Assembly: GCA_040830765.1 (NCBI GenBank)
Contig: JBFOMH010000002.1
Span: 1 to 64,000 of the forward strand
Origin: Puniceicoccaceae bacterium
GTDB lineage: Bacteria; Verrucomicrobiota; Verrucomicrobiia; Opitutales; Oceanipulchritudinaceae
Length of the DNA: 64,000 bases
Direction: 5' to 3'
Part shown: one piece after another, positions 20,255 through 29,226 of the stretch
Layout: each line of letters opens with the position of its first letter
How positions within the stretch are numbered: the first letter of the stretch is position 1
The notes under the pieces: model-generated
Database searches by the model: none
What the model was told of the DNA's origin: nothing
Seen by the model: the letters and a program-made list of their open reading frames with translations, nothing else
Made by a program: the position numbers and the translations under genes

Positions 20255-21156
20255 GCGGGACCTCTTGGGGAATCCTTCCCGGCCCACCGTCCTTTGACCC
20301 GCGCACCCTTGCTGAAACCCTGATCGGTGGTCAGGCTTTCCGGTGGTATCATGAACCGGACAGCGATACCTGGATCGGTGTCTGGGACAGCAATGTCATC
20401 CGCCTGAGGCTGGAGGCGCAGGGACAGGTAGCGGTTCGGTCGCTAACCAAGACATCCCCGGAAGAGGTCTGCCATTACCTGGGCACGGATCGCCTGGAAT
20501 CACTGATCGCAACCCTGCCCTGCAACGCGGATCCAGTCCTGGACAACCTTCGCCGTCGCTGGTCCGGCCTGAGCATCCTGCGCCAGCCGCCGGGAGAAGC
20601 CCTGCTGGCCTTTATCTGCAGCTCCAACAAGCAGATCCTGCAAATCCGGAGCATGTTGCATCAGCTGAGTGTCCGCTTCGGGGATCCGATCGAAGGAACA
20701 GCCTTCAACAGCCTGCCAACATGGGAGCGGCTGGCGCAAATAGAGGAGGAGGCCTTACGGTCCTGCGCCCTTGGTTACCGGGCACGGCATGTCGCCGGGA
20801 CGGCTGCCTTCCTGTCGGAGCATCCCGGTTACCTTCAGTCCATCCATCCGCTCCCGCTGGAGGAAGCCCGTTCCGCCCTGCTCAAGCTGTCCGGGGTCGG
20901 GCCCAAGGTGGCTGACTGCATCCTCCTCTTTGGCTACGGCCGCATGGAGGCCTTTCCGGTGGATACCTGGATTGCCAGGTTGATGGTAGAGCACTATCCG
21001 GAGCTGGCGGGTTGGAAACGGGAGCAGGTTGCCACCTTTGCCCGGTTGCACTTTGGACAGGCGGCCGGCCTCGCTCAACAATGGCTCTTTGCCGAACGCA
21101 ACAAGGACTTGCCAATTCGCTACAGCCAATACCAAATTCCCCGTGATGCTGATTAA
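20251..21156 (+). CDS. 8-oxoguanine DNA glycosylase, OGG1-type HhH-GPD
   Basis: GQAFRW, FICSSN, LGYRA, LSGVGPKVADC and FPVDTW with catalytic K and D. Confidence 0.88.
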   Translation: MSGTSWGILPGPPSFDPRTLAETLIGGQAFRWYHEPDSDTWIGVWDSNVIRLRLEAQGQVAVRSLTKTSPEEVCHYLGTDRLESLIATLPCNADPVLDNLRRRWSGLSILRQPPGEALLAFICSSNKQILQIRSMLHQLSVRFGDPIEGTAFNSLPTWERLAQIEEEALRSCALGYRARHVAGTAAFLSEHPGYLQSIHPLPLEEARSALLKLSGVGPKVADCILLFGYGRMEAFPVDTWIARLMVEHYPELAGWKREQVATFARLHFGQAAGLAQQWLFAERNKDLPIRYSQYQIPRDAD

Positions 21157-21775
21157 GCCCAACGACCGCATCCTCTTCCAGGGGGACAGTATAACCGATT
21201 GCCTGCGCGATCAATCCGACCCCGCCTCGCTTGGCGAAGGTTATGTCAAGATGACCGCCGGCTTCCTCGCCGCCCTGCATCCGGAACTGGCACCTGTCTG
21301 CCTCAACCGGGGTATTTCCGGGCACCGGGCCAAGGATCTTGTTGCAAGGTGGAAGGCCGATTGCCTCGACCTGCAACCGGATGTCCTCTCCCTCATGATT
21401 GGCATCAACGATACCTGGCGTCGCTACGATTCCAATGATCCCACTTCCACGGAAGAATACGCCGGCCATTACCATTACCTCCTGGAACAGGCCCGGACCG
21501 CGAATCCCGAACTGAGGATTGTGCTCATGGAGCCCTTTGTCCTGCCAGTTCCGGAAGACCGCAAAGCCTGGCGCGAGGACCTCGAACCGCGGATAGAAGT
21601 GGTCCATGAATTGACCCGGGAATTCGGAGCCACCTTGGTTCGACTGGACAAGTTGCTCAATGAAGCCTGCCAGGTCCAGCCCCCCGCCTACTGGGCCGAA
21701 GACGGCGTCCACCCGAGCCTCCAGGGACATGCCCTCATTGCCCGGCATTGGCTGGAGGCCGTCGGGGCACTGTAG
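21146..21775 (+). CDS. SGNH/GDSL hydrolase
   Basis: FQGDSIT, NRGISG, IGIND, DGVHP. Confidence 0.92.
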   Translation: MLIKPNDRILFQGDSITDCLRDQSDPASLGEGYVKMTAGFLAALHPELAPVCLNRGISGHRAKDLVARWKADCLDLQPDVLSLMIGINDTWRRYDSNDPTSTEEYAGHYHYLLEQARTANPELRIVLMEPFVLPVPEDRKAWREDLEPRIEVVHELTREFGATLVRLDKLLNEACQVQPPAYWAEDGVHPSLQGHALIARHWLEAVGAL

Positions 21776-21892
21776 AATAAAACCCCAATTTCGTCACCTG
21801 CCCCACCTATAAAGGACACGGCAAATAACGGTTTCCCAGCCGGTCGGGTTGTCGCCCATCCAGGCAGGAGGAATCTTGGTTTGGATTGCGAT

Positions 21893-23293
21893 TTATGGTG
21901 CCGGGGTCGCTGCGAGGGCAGCATCAGCTGTCACCAATCCGGAACCGTTGGCATCATCCCCCCAGCAGATTTCCACTACAGACCCATCTGGTTGCAGGAT
22001 TTCCCGGCAACCGGCCGGAATGGCAATGGCCGTGCTTTTGAGAATGGATTCAATCTGTGCCTGAGTAAGGTTTGGATTCTTCTGCAACATCAGGGCAACC
22101 ACACCGGCGACATGCGGGCTGGCCATACTCGTCCCACCAAGAAAGTAGAAGGTCGGTTCATTGCTGCTGTTCAGTTTGTAAGGGCCAACGACCCAGGATC
22201 CGGGAGCGGCAACATCAAGTTCCTGACCATCCAGTTCCCGACTGGAAAAGTCCGTGATGTAATACAAGTCGGGATTGTTAGGCTCTCCGTCATCAAGATT
22301 CAGCCACCAGGAAAAGTTACCCTCCGGGAACCATTCTCCGGTCCAGCCAGTTGCAGCTACGGAAATGACCGGAGCGTATCCACCTGGATAACCCATGCCG
22401 GCTTCCCCGGCATTGCCGGCTGCGGCAACGATAATCACCCCGGCATCAAGCGCATAATCAAGAGCGGCTTGCTCCACAGCATCGAGAATGGAACCTCCAA
22501 GTGACATGTTGATGACCACCGGATAATCAGCCAGCGGGCCCATCTTCAGCTCCGCCACATAGACAATTCCCCTTGCCACCGTCGAAGACCAGCCGGAACC
22601 GTTTTGGTTGAGTGTCTTGACCGGAATTACCGTGGCCAGAGGCGCTACGCCGGCGACCGGTGTTCCTCGCAGATTATATCCAAGGATAGTGCTGGTAACA
22701 TGGGTACCATGTGAACTCTGGTCATGTTCCCATTTGTTTGGTTGTGAGGGAGTGGCTGATGTGGGAAAAGGTCCTCCGGTGAAGGAGCGCGCATATTCGT
22801 CCGCAATCCGTTCCTCGGGGAAAAATTGGGTCCAAATGTCCTTAAGGCCCGTATCCAGCACTGCCACGTAAACGCCAGCCCCTGTTTCCTGGACGGAGCG
22901 TGAGAGAGGGCCACTGGCCGTATCCATGACATTGATAACATCCATGTTCCATGTAGGCAGTCCAACCAGAAAGTCTTCCACAGGGACGGTATCAATCGGA
23001 GCTCCGTACCGTTCTGCATCGGGATTTGCTGCCGCGACGAATGGCAGGTTCCGCACGGATTCCAGATCTTTCTCTGCCATTTGCATGGTCAGGGCATTGA
23101 TTCCGGAGAGGACCTCCTGAACCCTTCCATAGCTTTGCAAGTCCCGAATGACTCGAGTATTCACTTCAACATTCAATAGAACATTGACCGAAATTTTCTT
23201 CATCCCTTTACCTCCGCCCCTCTCCGGACCGGCCAGCGAGAACATGGGTGAAAGAACAAGAAAAATCATCAGAAAAACTTTCAGAAGCCGCAT
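21893..23293 (-). CDS. Secreted S8 subtilisin-like serine protease
   Basis: Signal peptide; triad motifs VLDTG, HGTHV, GTSMASPHVAG; AAAGN oxyanion motif. Confidence 0.94.
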   Translation of the reverse strand: MRLLKVFLMIFLVLSPMFSLAGPERGGGKGMKKISVNVLLNVEVNTRVIRDLQSYGRVQEVLSGINALTMQMAEKDLESVRNLPFVAAANPDAERYGAPIDTVPVEDFLVGLPTWNMDVINVMDTASGPLSRSVQETGAGVYVAVLDTGLKDIWTQFFPEERIADEYARSFTGGPFPTSATPSQPNKWEHDQSSHGTHVTSTILGYNLRGTPVAGVAPLATVIPVKTLNQNGSGWSSTVARGIVYVAELKMGPLADYPVVINMSLGGSILDAVEQAALDYALDAGVIIVAAAGNAGEAGMGYPGGYAPVISVAATGWTGEWFPEGNFSWWLNLDDGEPNNPDLYYITDFSSRELDGQELDVAAPGSWVVGPYKLNSSNEPTFYFLGGTSMASPHVAGVVALMLQKNPNLTQAQIESILKSTAIAIPAGCREILQPDGSVVEICWGDDANGSGLVTADAALAATPAP

Positions 23294-23623
23294 TTTATAC
23301 CTTCGGGTTAGTGTGTTATCCTTTAAAGTATGCTTTTTACATCAAAGCATGAGAGAGTGGTCGGAAAATGCCTTTGAAACGACCCTGAGTCAAGGGACTT
23401 AGGGGGATCCGGAGCCAGTGAAGAACAAATAAATAGCGGCGCTTATGAAGCGTTAACAATGGTTCAAATTTATCTAATGCCGGGATGCGTTGGTATTGTA
23501 TTGCCCCCAAGATAAACCGGACGACAGGAGCAATAATTGCAAATAGGGATTCCTCCTAATGGGCCCGGTAAAGATGAAAAAAGAGTGGACAAGCGGGCCG
23601 CATTGGGCACTTTCAGCACCGTT

Positions 23624-23875
23624 ATGGCGCAGGATCATTATCAGGAATTCATCGGAAAGAAGTTTGTCGGGCTCAGTGTTGTCCTGGCGATGGTCTTCTG
23701 GGCGTGCTTTACGCGCCTGCTCCTGCCCTTTGTTCCCGCGGAAACCCCGACCATGGCTTACCTCTTTGCCGGATTCACCGCCATCTGCCTGACGGGTGTA
23801 TTCTTTGTCGCCACGCACATGTTCCGGCTCGTCTACCAGGAACACCGCAAGGCCCAGCGGGAACGCAATTCCTGA
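23624..23875 (+). CDS. Hypothetical 2-TM small membrane protein
   Basis: 83 aa from ATG 23624 with two hydrophobic helices. Confidence 0.65.
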   Translation: MAQDHYQEFIGKKFVGLSVVLAMVFWACFTRLLLPFVPAETPTMAYLFAGFTAICLTGVFFVATHMFRLVYQEHRKAQRERNS

Positions 23876-23949
23876 TTGAGCAGGCTGCCTGTTCTTCGCG
23901 CTTGCCCTCCGGGCAATGATGCGTGATTCTGTGCCCGGAAAAGAAGCCA

Positions 23950-24906
23950 ATGGCACTGATTCATCGTCATTACTCCATTCCCAAATTGGATTTCCGGGAT
24001 TTCTGGGACATCTGCAGCCACTACCTGCGCATCCATCCGAAATACCGCAATATCCTCTATTCGATTGATGGATACAGCGGCTCCATCTGCGAGAACGAGA
24101 GTGATGTCTCAAAAGTCCTGCGCCTGATCGCGCTGCACCAGGGAGAAGTGCGCCGCTTCGTCGCCCGCTACTATCTCTCCCCCGCCAGCGAGCCCGGGGA
24201 TTATGGCAATGCCAAGATGGAGTATCTGCCGGAATCGCACGACTTCCAGCCATTGGGGCTGCACTTCTACGCCGATACCGACAACAAGCTGCTTATTTAC
24301 CAGTTCGAGGACTTCATCTACAACGGCTACTCCTTCGAGGAGGAGGACAAGACCGAAATCGAATATGGTCTACCCTGCGAGGTCCTGGCCAGTGTCATCG
24401 ATATCCGGGCCTTCTCTGCCTTCTGTGAACAGCCGGACATCGAGTCGCCGTACACATGTGGACTCATGACCGCCTTCTACAACATGGTCCGGACGGGCTT
24501 CAAACGCTACCCGCCCGACCTGGTCAAGTTCCTCGGAGACGGGGTTCTGGCGGTCTGGCAAACCACCTCAAGGGACCGCAACATCGCCATTGAAACGTGT
24601 CTGGACGGATTGAAGCAATTGCCCGTGACCTGGCGTCATCTTGTACGTGGTCCGGAGTTTACCCACGGGGCTCCCGAGGGGATCGGTTCAGGGGTCAGTT
24701 TCGGACTCGCCAGTAAGATTTCCATCGACAACGACTACATCGGCCGGCCAATCAACCTCGCCAGCCGCTTGTGCAGCGTTTGCCCGCCGGCTAAGACTTA
24801 TATCGCCCGCAATGTCCCCGATGTGGATAACTTCGGGGTCAAGCCACTCGCCATCCGCATCAAGAGCTACGGCGAGCAGAAGGTCTGGCTGATGGACGTT
24901 ATCTGA
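23950..24906 (+). CDS. Class III adenylate/guanylate cyclase-domain protein with unrecognised N-terminal domain
   Basis: IDIRAFS, VKFLGDG, DYIGRPINLASRL. Confidence 0.82.
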   Translation: MALIHRHYSIPKLDFRDFWDICSHYLRIHPKYRNILYSIDGYSGSICENESDVSKVLRLIALHQGEVRRFVARYYLSPASEPGDYGNAKMEYLPESHDFQPLGLHFYADTDNKLLIYQFEDFIYNGYSFEEEDKTEIEYGLPCEVLASVIDIRAFSAFCEQPDIESPYTCGLMTAFYNMVRTGFKRYPPDLVKFLGDGVLAVWQTTSRDRNIAIETCLDGLKQLPVTWRHLVRGPEFTHGAPEGIGSGVSFGLASKISIDNDYIGRPINLASRLCSVCPPAKTYIARNVPDVDNFGVKPLAIRIKSYGEQKVWLMDVI

Positions 24907-24911
24907 GGGCC

Positions 24912-26417
24912 TCAGCCTTCCAGCGGAATTTCCTCCACTGTGGCGGTGTAGCTTTTGCCGTTGATCGAGACACGGACTTCGCGCCCCCGACCTGGAGCAG
25001 CCTCAGCAACAGGTGCTGCCGGGGCGGCCGGGGCGGCCGGGACCTCAACCGTTTCCTGTTTGGGTTCAGCCGGTGCCGCCTTGCTGGCATAGTGCTTTTT
25101 CAGTTCCTGCGGGAACATGGCCCAGATGACGCAGTGCTCGTCGTCGTCAGGCAGCCCTTCCTTCTTCAGCTCCTCGCGGTAGCGGTCCATGGCCGGTTCG
25201 GCGAGATCCGCCGGACGGCAGGTGATGGGGTCCTTGCCGGACTTGCCGGCGGCAATCTTCTGTACTTCCGGATCCACATCGGCGGGCGTCTGCCCGTAAT
25301 ACCCGAGGGCAATGTCCATGGCTTGCGGACTGAAGTTTTCCCAGCGGCCAAATTTCACATTCAGCATGGCCTGTACCCCGACAATCTGTGAGGTCGGCGT
25401 AACCAGCGGAATCCAGCCAAGGGCCTTCCGGACAACCGGGATCTCGGCAAAGACTTCCTCAAACCGGTCCTCCATCTTCTGCTCCTTGAGCTGGTTGCGG
25501 AAATTGGAGAGCATGCCGCCCGGGACCTGGTAGGTCAGGGCATCGGTATCGACCACTTCATTCTTGTGGGCAGTGAACTTGTCCAGCTCGGCATAGACGT
25601 TGGTGAAGTGCTCCCGCAGCTCCTGCAACTTGCCGAGGTCGTACTGCGGACAACGGGGGTGGTTTTCGAGCAGGCTCAGCATGCGGACGGTATCCGGCTG
25701 GCCAGTCCCGTTGGCAAAGGGGGTGATCGAGGTGTCGATCATGTCCGCCCCGGCCTCGATGGAGGCGTAATAGGTGCTGGCGCCAAGGCCGGCCGTCTCA
25801 TGGGTGTGGACATTAACGGGAATCTTCACCCTTTCCTTGAGTCCCTTGACAATCTCATAGGCCTTGTAGGGAGGAATCAAGCCGGCCATGTCCTTGATGC
25901 AAATCGAGTCACAGCCCATCTCCTCGATCTCGATACCCTGCTGGATGAACTTCTCGATAGTGTGCACCGGGCTGGAGGTGTAGCAGATAACGCCCTGGGC
26001 ATGCTTGCCCGCCTCCTTGACCGACTTCACCGCCTGGCGGATGTTGCGCATGTCATTCAAGGCGTCAAAGACCCGGAAGATATCCATCCCGTGCTTGGCC
26101 GACATCTTGACGAAGGCATCGACTGTGTCGTCCGGGAAATTGGCGTACTGGACGATGTTCTGCCCGCGCAGGAGCATCATGTGCGGGGTGTTGGGAGTGC
26201 CAGCCTTGAGGCGGTCGAGGCGCTCAAACGGAAATTCGTTAAGAAACCGCAACCCGGCATCAATTGTCGCTCCTCCCCACGTTTCGAGAGCACCAAATCC
26301 GAGACTGTCGAGCATCTCGAGAGCTGGGACCATTTGCTCGGTGGACATCCGTGTTGCGGCGAGGGACTGGTGCCCGTCGCGCAAAACCATATTGTTGAAT
26401 ACGATTTGCTTAGACAT
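24912..26417 (-). CDS. Pyruvate/oxaloacetate carboxyltransferase (OadA/PycB/5S-like) lacking a biotinyl domain
   Basis: RDGHQSL, WGGAT, LLRGQN, IKDMAG, HTH, QVPGGM, VTPTSQIVG; no AMKM; start ATG 26417. Confidence 0.9.
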   Translation of the reverse strand: MSKQIVFNNMVLRDGHQSLAATRMSTEQMVPALEMLDSLGFGALETWGGATIDAGLRFLNEFPFERLDRLKAGTPNTPHMMLLRGQNIVQYANFPDDTVDAFVKMSAKHGMDIFRVFDALNDMRNIRQAVKSVKEAGKHAQGVICYTSSPVHTIEKFIQQGIEIEEMGCDSICIKDMAGLIPPYKAYEIVKGLKERVKIPVNVHTHETAGLGASTYYASIEAGADMIDTSITPFANGTGQPDTVRMLSLLENHPRCPQYDLGKLQELREHFTNVYAELDKFTAHKNEVVDTDALTYQVPGGMLSNFRNQLKEQKMEDRFEEVFAEIPVVRKALGWIPLVTPTSQIVGVQAMLNVKFGRWENFSPQAMDIALGYYGQTPADVDPEVQKIAAGKSGKDPITCRPADLAEPAMDRYREELKKEGLPDDDEHCVIWAMFPQELKKHYASKAAPAEPKQETVEVPAAPAAPAAPVAEAAPGRGREVRVSINGKSYTATVEEIPLEG

Positions 26418-26485
26418 TGTGCGGGCACGGTACGGCGGCGTTTCCCTAATGACAACGAAATTCAGGCAAAAGCCTACTGTTAGGA

Positions 26486-27226
26486 TCAGGAATTCCGCGA
26501 CCGGCTCCAGATGCCCAGCGTTCCCATGACCAGGGAGGCGGCGGTCTCCACTTTCAGGACCAGTGGGCCGAGGGAAATGAAGCGGCAACCGGACTCCGCC
26601 AACAAGTCGTACTCGTCCGGTGCGAAGTCCCCTTCCGGCCCGACATAAACTTCAACGGTTCCCCGGGGCTGGAGCTTTTCCTGCAGGACCTCCCAAAGCG
26701 GAGTGGCTTCCGGATGCAAGGCCGCGCAGAGGCGCTGCACGGAATCTGCATCCGGGGAATTCATGGCCTCCGCCAGCGGTACCGCCGTCCGGAGGACGGG
26801 CATCCACGGGTTGCCGGACTGCTTGAGCGCCTCCACCAGGACGGCGTCCAGGCGGTCCCTCTTCTGTTCGGCTCGCTCCTTGTCCACTTCGGAATTTTTC
26901 GTCAGGAGCAAAGTAATTTCACTGACCCCTAGTTCGACTGCCTTCTGCAGAAGCAGCGACAGGGTCTTGCCCTTCGGAACCGACACCAGGAGGTGGCGTC
27001 GCAAGGCCGGTGGTTCGTGGTGGTTCCGTTCGATGACGGTGATCTCAACCGATTTGCCGCTTACTGCCTCCACGCGACAGATGGCGACATCGCCCCGGCC
27101 ATTGAGAATCTCCACCGTTTCCCCCGACCGGACCCTGCGGACCCGTGCCAGATGATGGAGTTCTTCCTTGTCCAGGTCAGGTGGCGTTTCGCCCCCGTCC
27201 CAGCCGCTGCAATAGGCCCTCAGCAT
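26486..27226 (-). CDS. rsmE: 16S rRNA m3U1498 methyltransferase RsmE family
   Basis: HHLARVRR, QKAVELG, EALKQS, VGPEGDF, LGPLVLKVETA. Confidence 0.9.
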   Translation of the reverse strand: MLRAYCSGWDGGETPPDLDKEELHHLARVRRVRSGETVEILNGRGDVAICRVEAVSGKSVEITVIERNHHEPPALRRHLLVSVPKGKTLSLLLQKAVELGVSEITLLLTKNSEVDKERAEQKRDRLDAVLVEALKQSGNPWMPVLRTAVPLAEAMNSPDADSVQRLCAALHPEATPLWEVLQEKLQPRGTVEVYVGPEGDFAPDEYDLLAESGCRFISLGPLVLKVETAASLVMGTLGIWSRSRNS

Positions 27227-27268
27227 ACCTCCGTTGTGCCGGATTTGGCCGGATTGGCAATCCCGGAC

Positions 27269-27305
27269 AAAAAGAAACCGCCACTCGGGGTAACAAGTGG
27301 CGGTT
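27269..27305 (-). terminator. Intrinsic terminator
   Basis: Stem AACCGCCACT/AGTGGCGGTT followed by UCUUUUU on the minus strand. Confidence 0.8.
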
Positions 27306-27358
27306 CAAGTGCTTAACCAAACTACAAACTAGACTGAAAACGACGACTGTTGCGTCTG
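27269..27358 (-). ncRNA. Candidate ~90-nt small RNA
   Basis: ECF-like promoter, no ATG-initiated ORF on the minus strand, GU-rich stretch, strong terminator. Confidence 0.45.
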
Positions 27359-27363
27359 TAGAT

Positions 27364-27393
27364 TAAGACGGGGGGTGTTCGGCTTTTGTTCAA
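27364..27393 (-). promoter_or_regulatory. Candidate ECF-sigma promoter
   Basis: TGAAC-N17-CGTCTTA with an A/T tract upstream. Confidence 0.45.
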
Positions 27394-27452
27394 ATAAACT
27401 TCGCTTTTTTGAAAAAAATTTCCGGACCCGCATATTTACTGGGCTTGCGGGC

Positions 27453-28436
27453 CTAAAAAAGAACACCCGAGACGGCGCCGACGGCGGTAATCGGGCCGGA
27501 ATCGTCGATTGAGCCGAGGGCCTCGTCCGCCCGGTTGAGCATCGAGCGGAGGTCGTTGTAGAGCTCGTCGTCGGTGACCAGCTTGCCGAGTGTCCCCTCG
27601 CCGGAATTCAGTTTGTCAGAGAATTCGCGCATGTTGGTCATGGTGACCTCGAGGTCGGTGGCGATGGTATCATCCACCAGCAGCTTGCCAAGGGTGCCCT
27701 CGCCAGCCTGGACGGTATCGATGATTTCGCGGGCCCCGCCAAGGGCTTCTTCCATGTCCTGGGAGGCTGTCCGCAGGTCCCCGACAACGGCCATCAACTC
27801 GGTGTACATCTCGTCCTCATTGATGAGCTTGCCGAGTGTCCCTTCGGAGGCATTGAGCTTGTTGGTGATGTCCTCGAGATTGGAGAGAACGGTGTCAAAG
27901 CGGCTCCGGTTCTCGACCACGAGGTCATTGAGGTTGGTAAAGAGCTCGCCCATGCCGGTATCCCCGAGTCCGGAGAAGCTGTCGGCCATCTTGTTGAGCT
28001 TTTCTCCGAGGTCCTGGACCTGGCCGAGGATCTCATTGAAGTCGGCTCCGGCCTCAGCAAAGATTTCCGAGCCATCCGTCAGGTTATCGGCGGCTTGGCC
28101 ATACTGGACGCTGACGTACTGCTGCCCAAGCAAGCTGGACATGGCGATGGTGGCCACCGAGTCGGAGGGGATGGCGACGGTGTCATCAATCCGGAAAGTG
28201 ACAAGGCCGCGCCCTGCGGACAATTCAGTCCCCGTCACTTCGCCGATGCGGACACCAGCCATGCGGACATCCGCTCCCGAGGAAAGGGTACGAATATCAT
28301 CAAACTCAGCCTTGATGACATAACCGGCAGGTGTGCCGAACTGTTGGGTGCCTATGACCGAATAGACGGCATAGATGAGGACAATGCCGAGGACAAAAAA
28401 GATGCCCACGCGAATGGATTGGAAGGTTTGGTTCAT
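27453..28436 (-). CDS. mlaD: MCE/MlaD family protein with long helical tail
   Basis: N-terminal TM, GADVRMAGVRIGEV, SLLGQQYV; three EGTLGKL repeats. Confidence 0.9.
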   Translation of the reverse strand: MNQTFQSIRVGIFFVLGIVLIYAVYSVIGTQQFGTPAGYVIKAEFDDIRTLSSGADVRMAGVRIGEVTGTELSAGRGLVTFRIDDTVAIPSDSVATIAMSSLLGQQYVSVQYGQAADNLTDGSEIFAEAGADFNEILGQVQDLGEKLNKMADSFSGLGDTGMGELFTNLNDLVVENRSRFDTVLSNLEDITNKLNASEGTLGKLINEDEMYTELMAVVGDLRTASQDMEEALGGAREIIDTVQAGEGTLGKLLVDDTIATDLEVTMTNMREFSDKLNSGEGTLGKLVTDDELYNDLRSMLNRADEALGSIDDSGPITAVGAVSGVLF

Positions 28437-29218
28437 ACGTCGTTCTCCTGTTTTCTAAATCTTGGGTTATCGGGATCGATGGAAGGGTTCATGAATTCGC
28501 GGACCTGAGCATCCGTGCTGGCCCGTAATTCCTCCGGCGTGCCATTGAAGACCAGCCTGCCCTGCATCAGGAGGGCAATCCGGTCGCCAATGGACAGGGC
28601 GAGGTCACGATCGTGGGTCACCACCAGGCTGGTGGCCCCGGTCTCGCGGGAAATGGTGGCGATGAGTTCCGAGGTGGTGGCGGCAAGGATCGGATCCAAT
28701 TCGGAGGTTGGCTCATCGTAGAGAATCAGCTGGGGTTCCATAATAATGGCCCGGGCGACCGCAACGCGCTTTTTCATGCCACCGGAAAGCTCCGCGGGAA
28801 TCTTGGCCCCGGCGTTCTCGATGGAAAGGGCTTTCATGACCGCGGTGACCTTTTCCCGGATCACCGCCTCACTGTAGAGCCTGTGCTCGCGCGGATAGAG
28901 AGCCAGGTTGTCGTAGACGGTCATGGAGTTGAAGAGCGCCCCCGCCTGGAAGACCAGGGCCGTACGGATGGCGTTCTCCCGGCCAGCCTCATGGGCTGGC
29001 TGTTCGCCGATCAGGACCTGCCCGGCATCCGCAAACTCCAGTCCGACCAGGTGCCGCATGAGGACAGACTTGCCGGACCCACTGGGTCCCATGAGGACGA
29101 AGATTTCACCCGGTTTCACGTCAAAGGAAACATCCCGCAACACCTGCTGGCTGCCGTAGGCCTTGCCGAGGCCCTGGACGCTGACACTCACTGGTTCAAC
29201 TGTTACTGAGGATTCCAT
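28433..29218 (-). CDS. mlaF: MlaF-type ABC ATPase
   Basis: GPSGSGKS, FQAGALFNS, LSGGMKKRV, YDEPTSELDP. Confidence 0.9.
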   Translation of the reverse strand: MESSVTVEPVSVSVQGLGKAYGSQQVLRDVSFDVKPGEIFVLMGPSGSGKSVLMRHLVGLEFADAGQVLIGEQPAHEAGRENAIRTALVFQAGALFNSMTVYDNLALYPREHRLYSEAVIREKVTAVMKALSIENAGAKIPAELSGGMKKRVAVARAIIMEPQLILYDEPTSELDPILAATTSELIATISRETGATSLVVTHDRDLALSIGDRIALLMQGRLVFNGTPEELRASTDAQVREFMNPSIDPDNPRFRKQENDV

Positions 29219-29226
29219 GGGCAGAC

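Noticed and set aside
23624..24906. Pycsar-like defence system (cyclase plus TM effector)
   Set aside because: Cyclase has adenylyl-type K/D residues, the TM protein is only 83 aa, and the context is housekeeping rather than a defence island; kept only as a signalling candidate.
26417..26588. Apparent long overlaps or N-terminal extensions (carboxyltransferase/rsmE, coaE/HD, ppdK/tatC, TPR/xylA, ribH/phosphoesterase)
   Set aside because: Artifacts of longest-ORF start choice; downstream ATGs match family N-termini.
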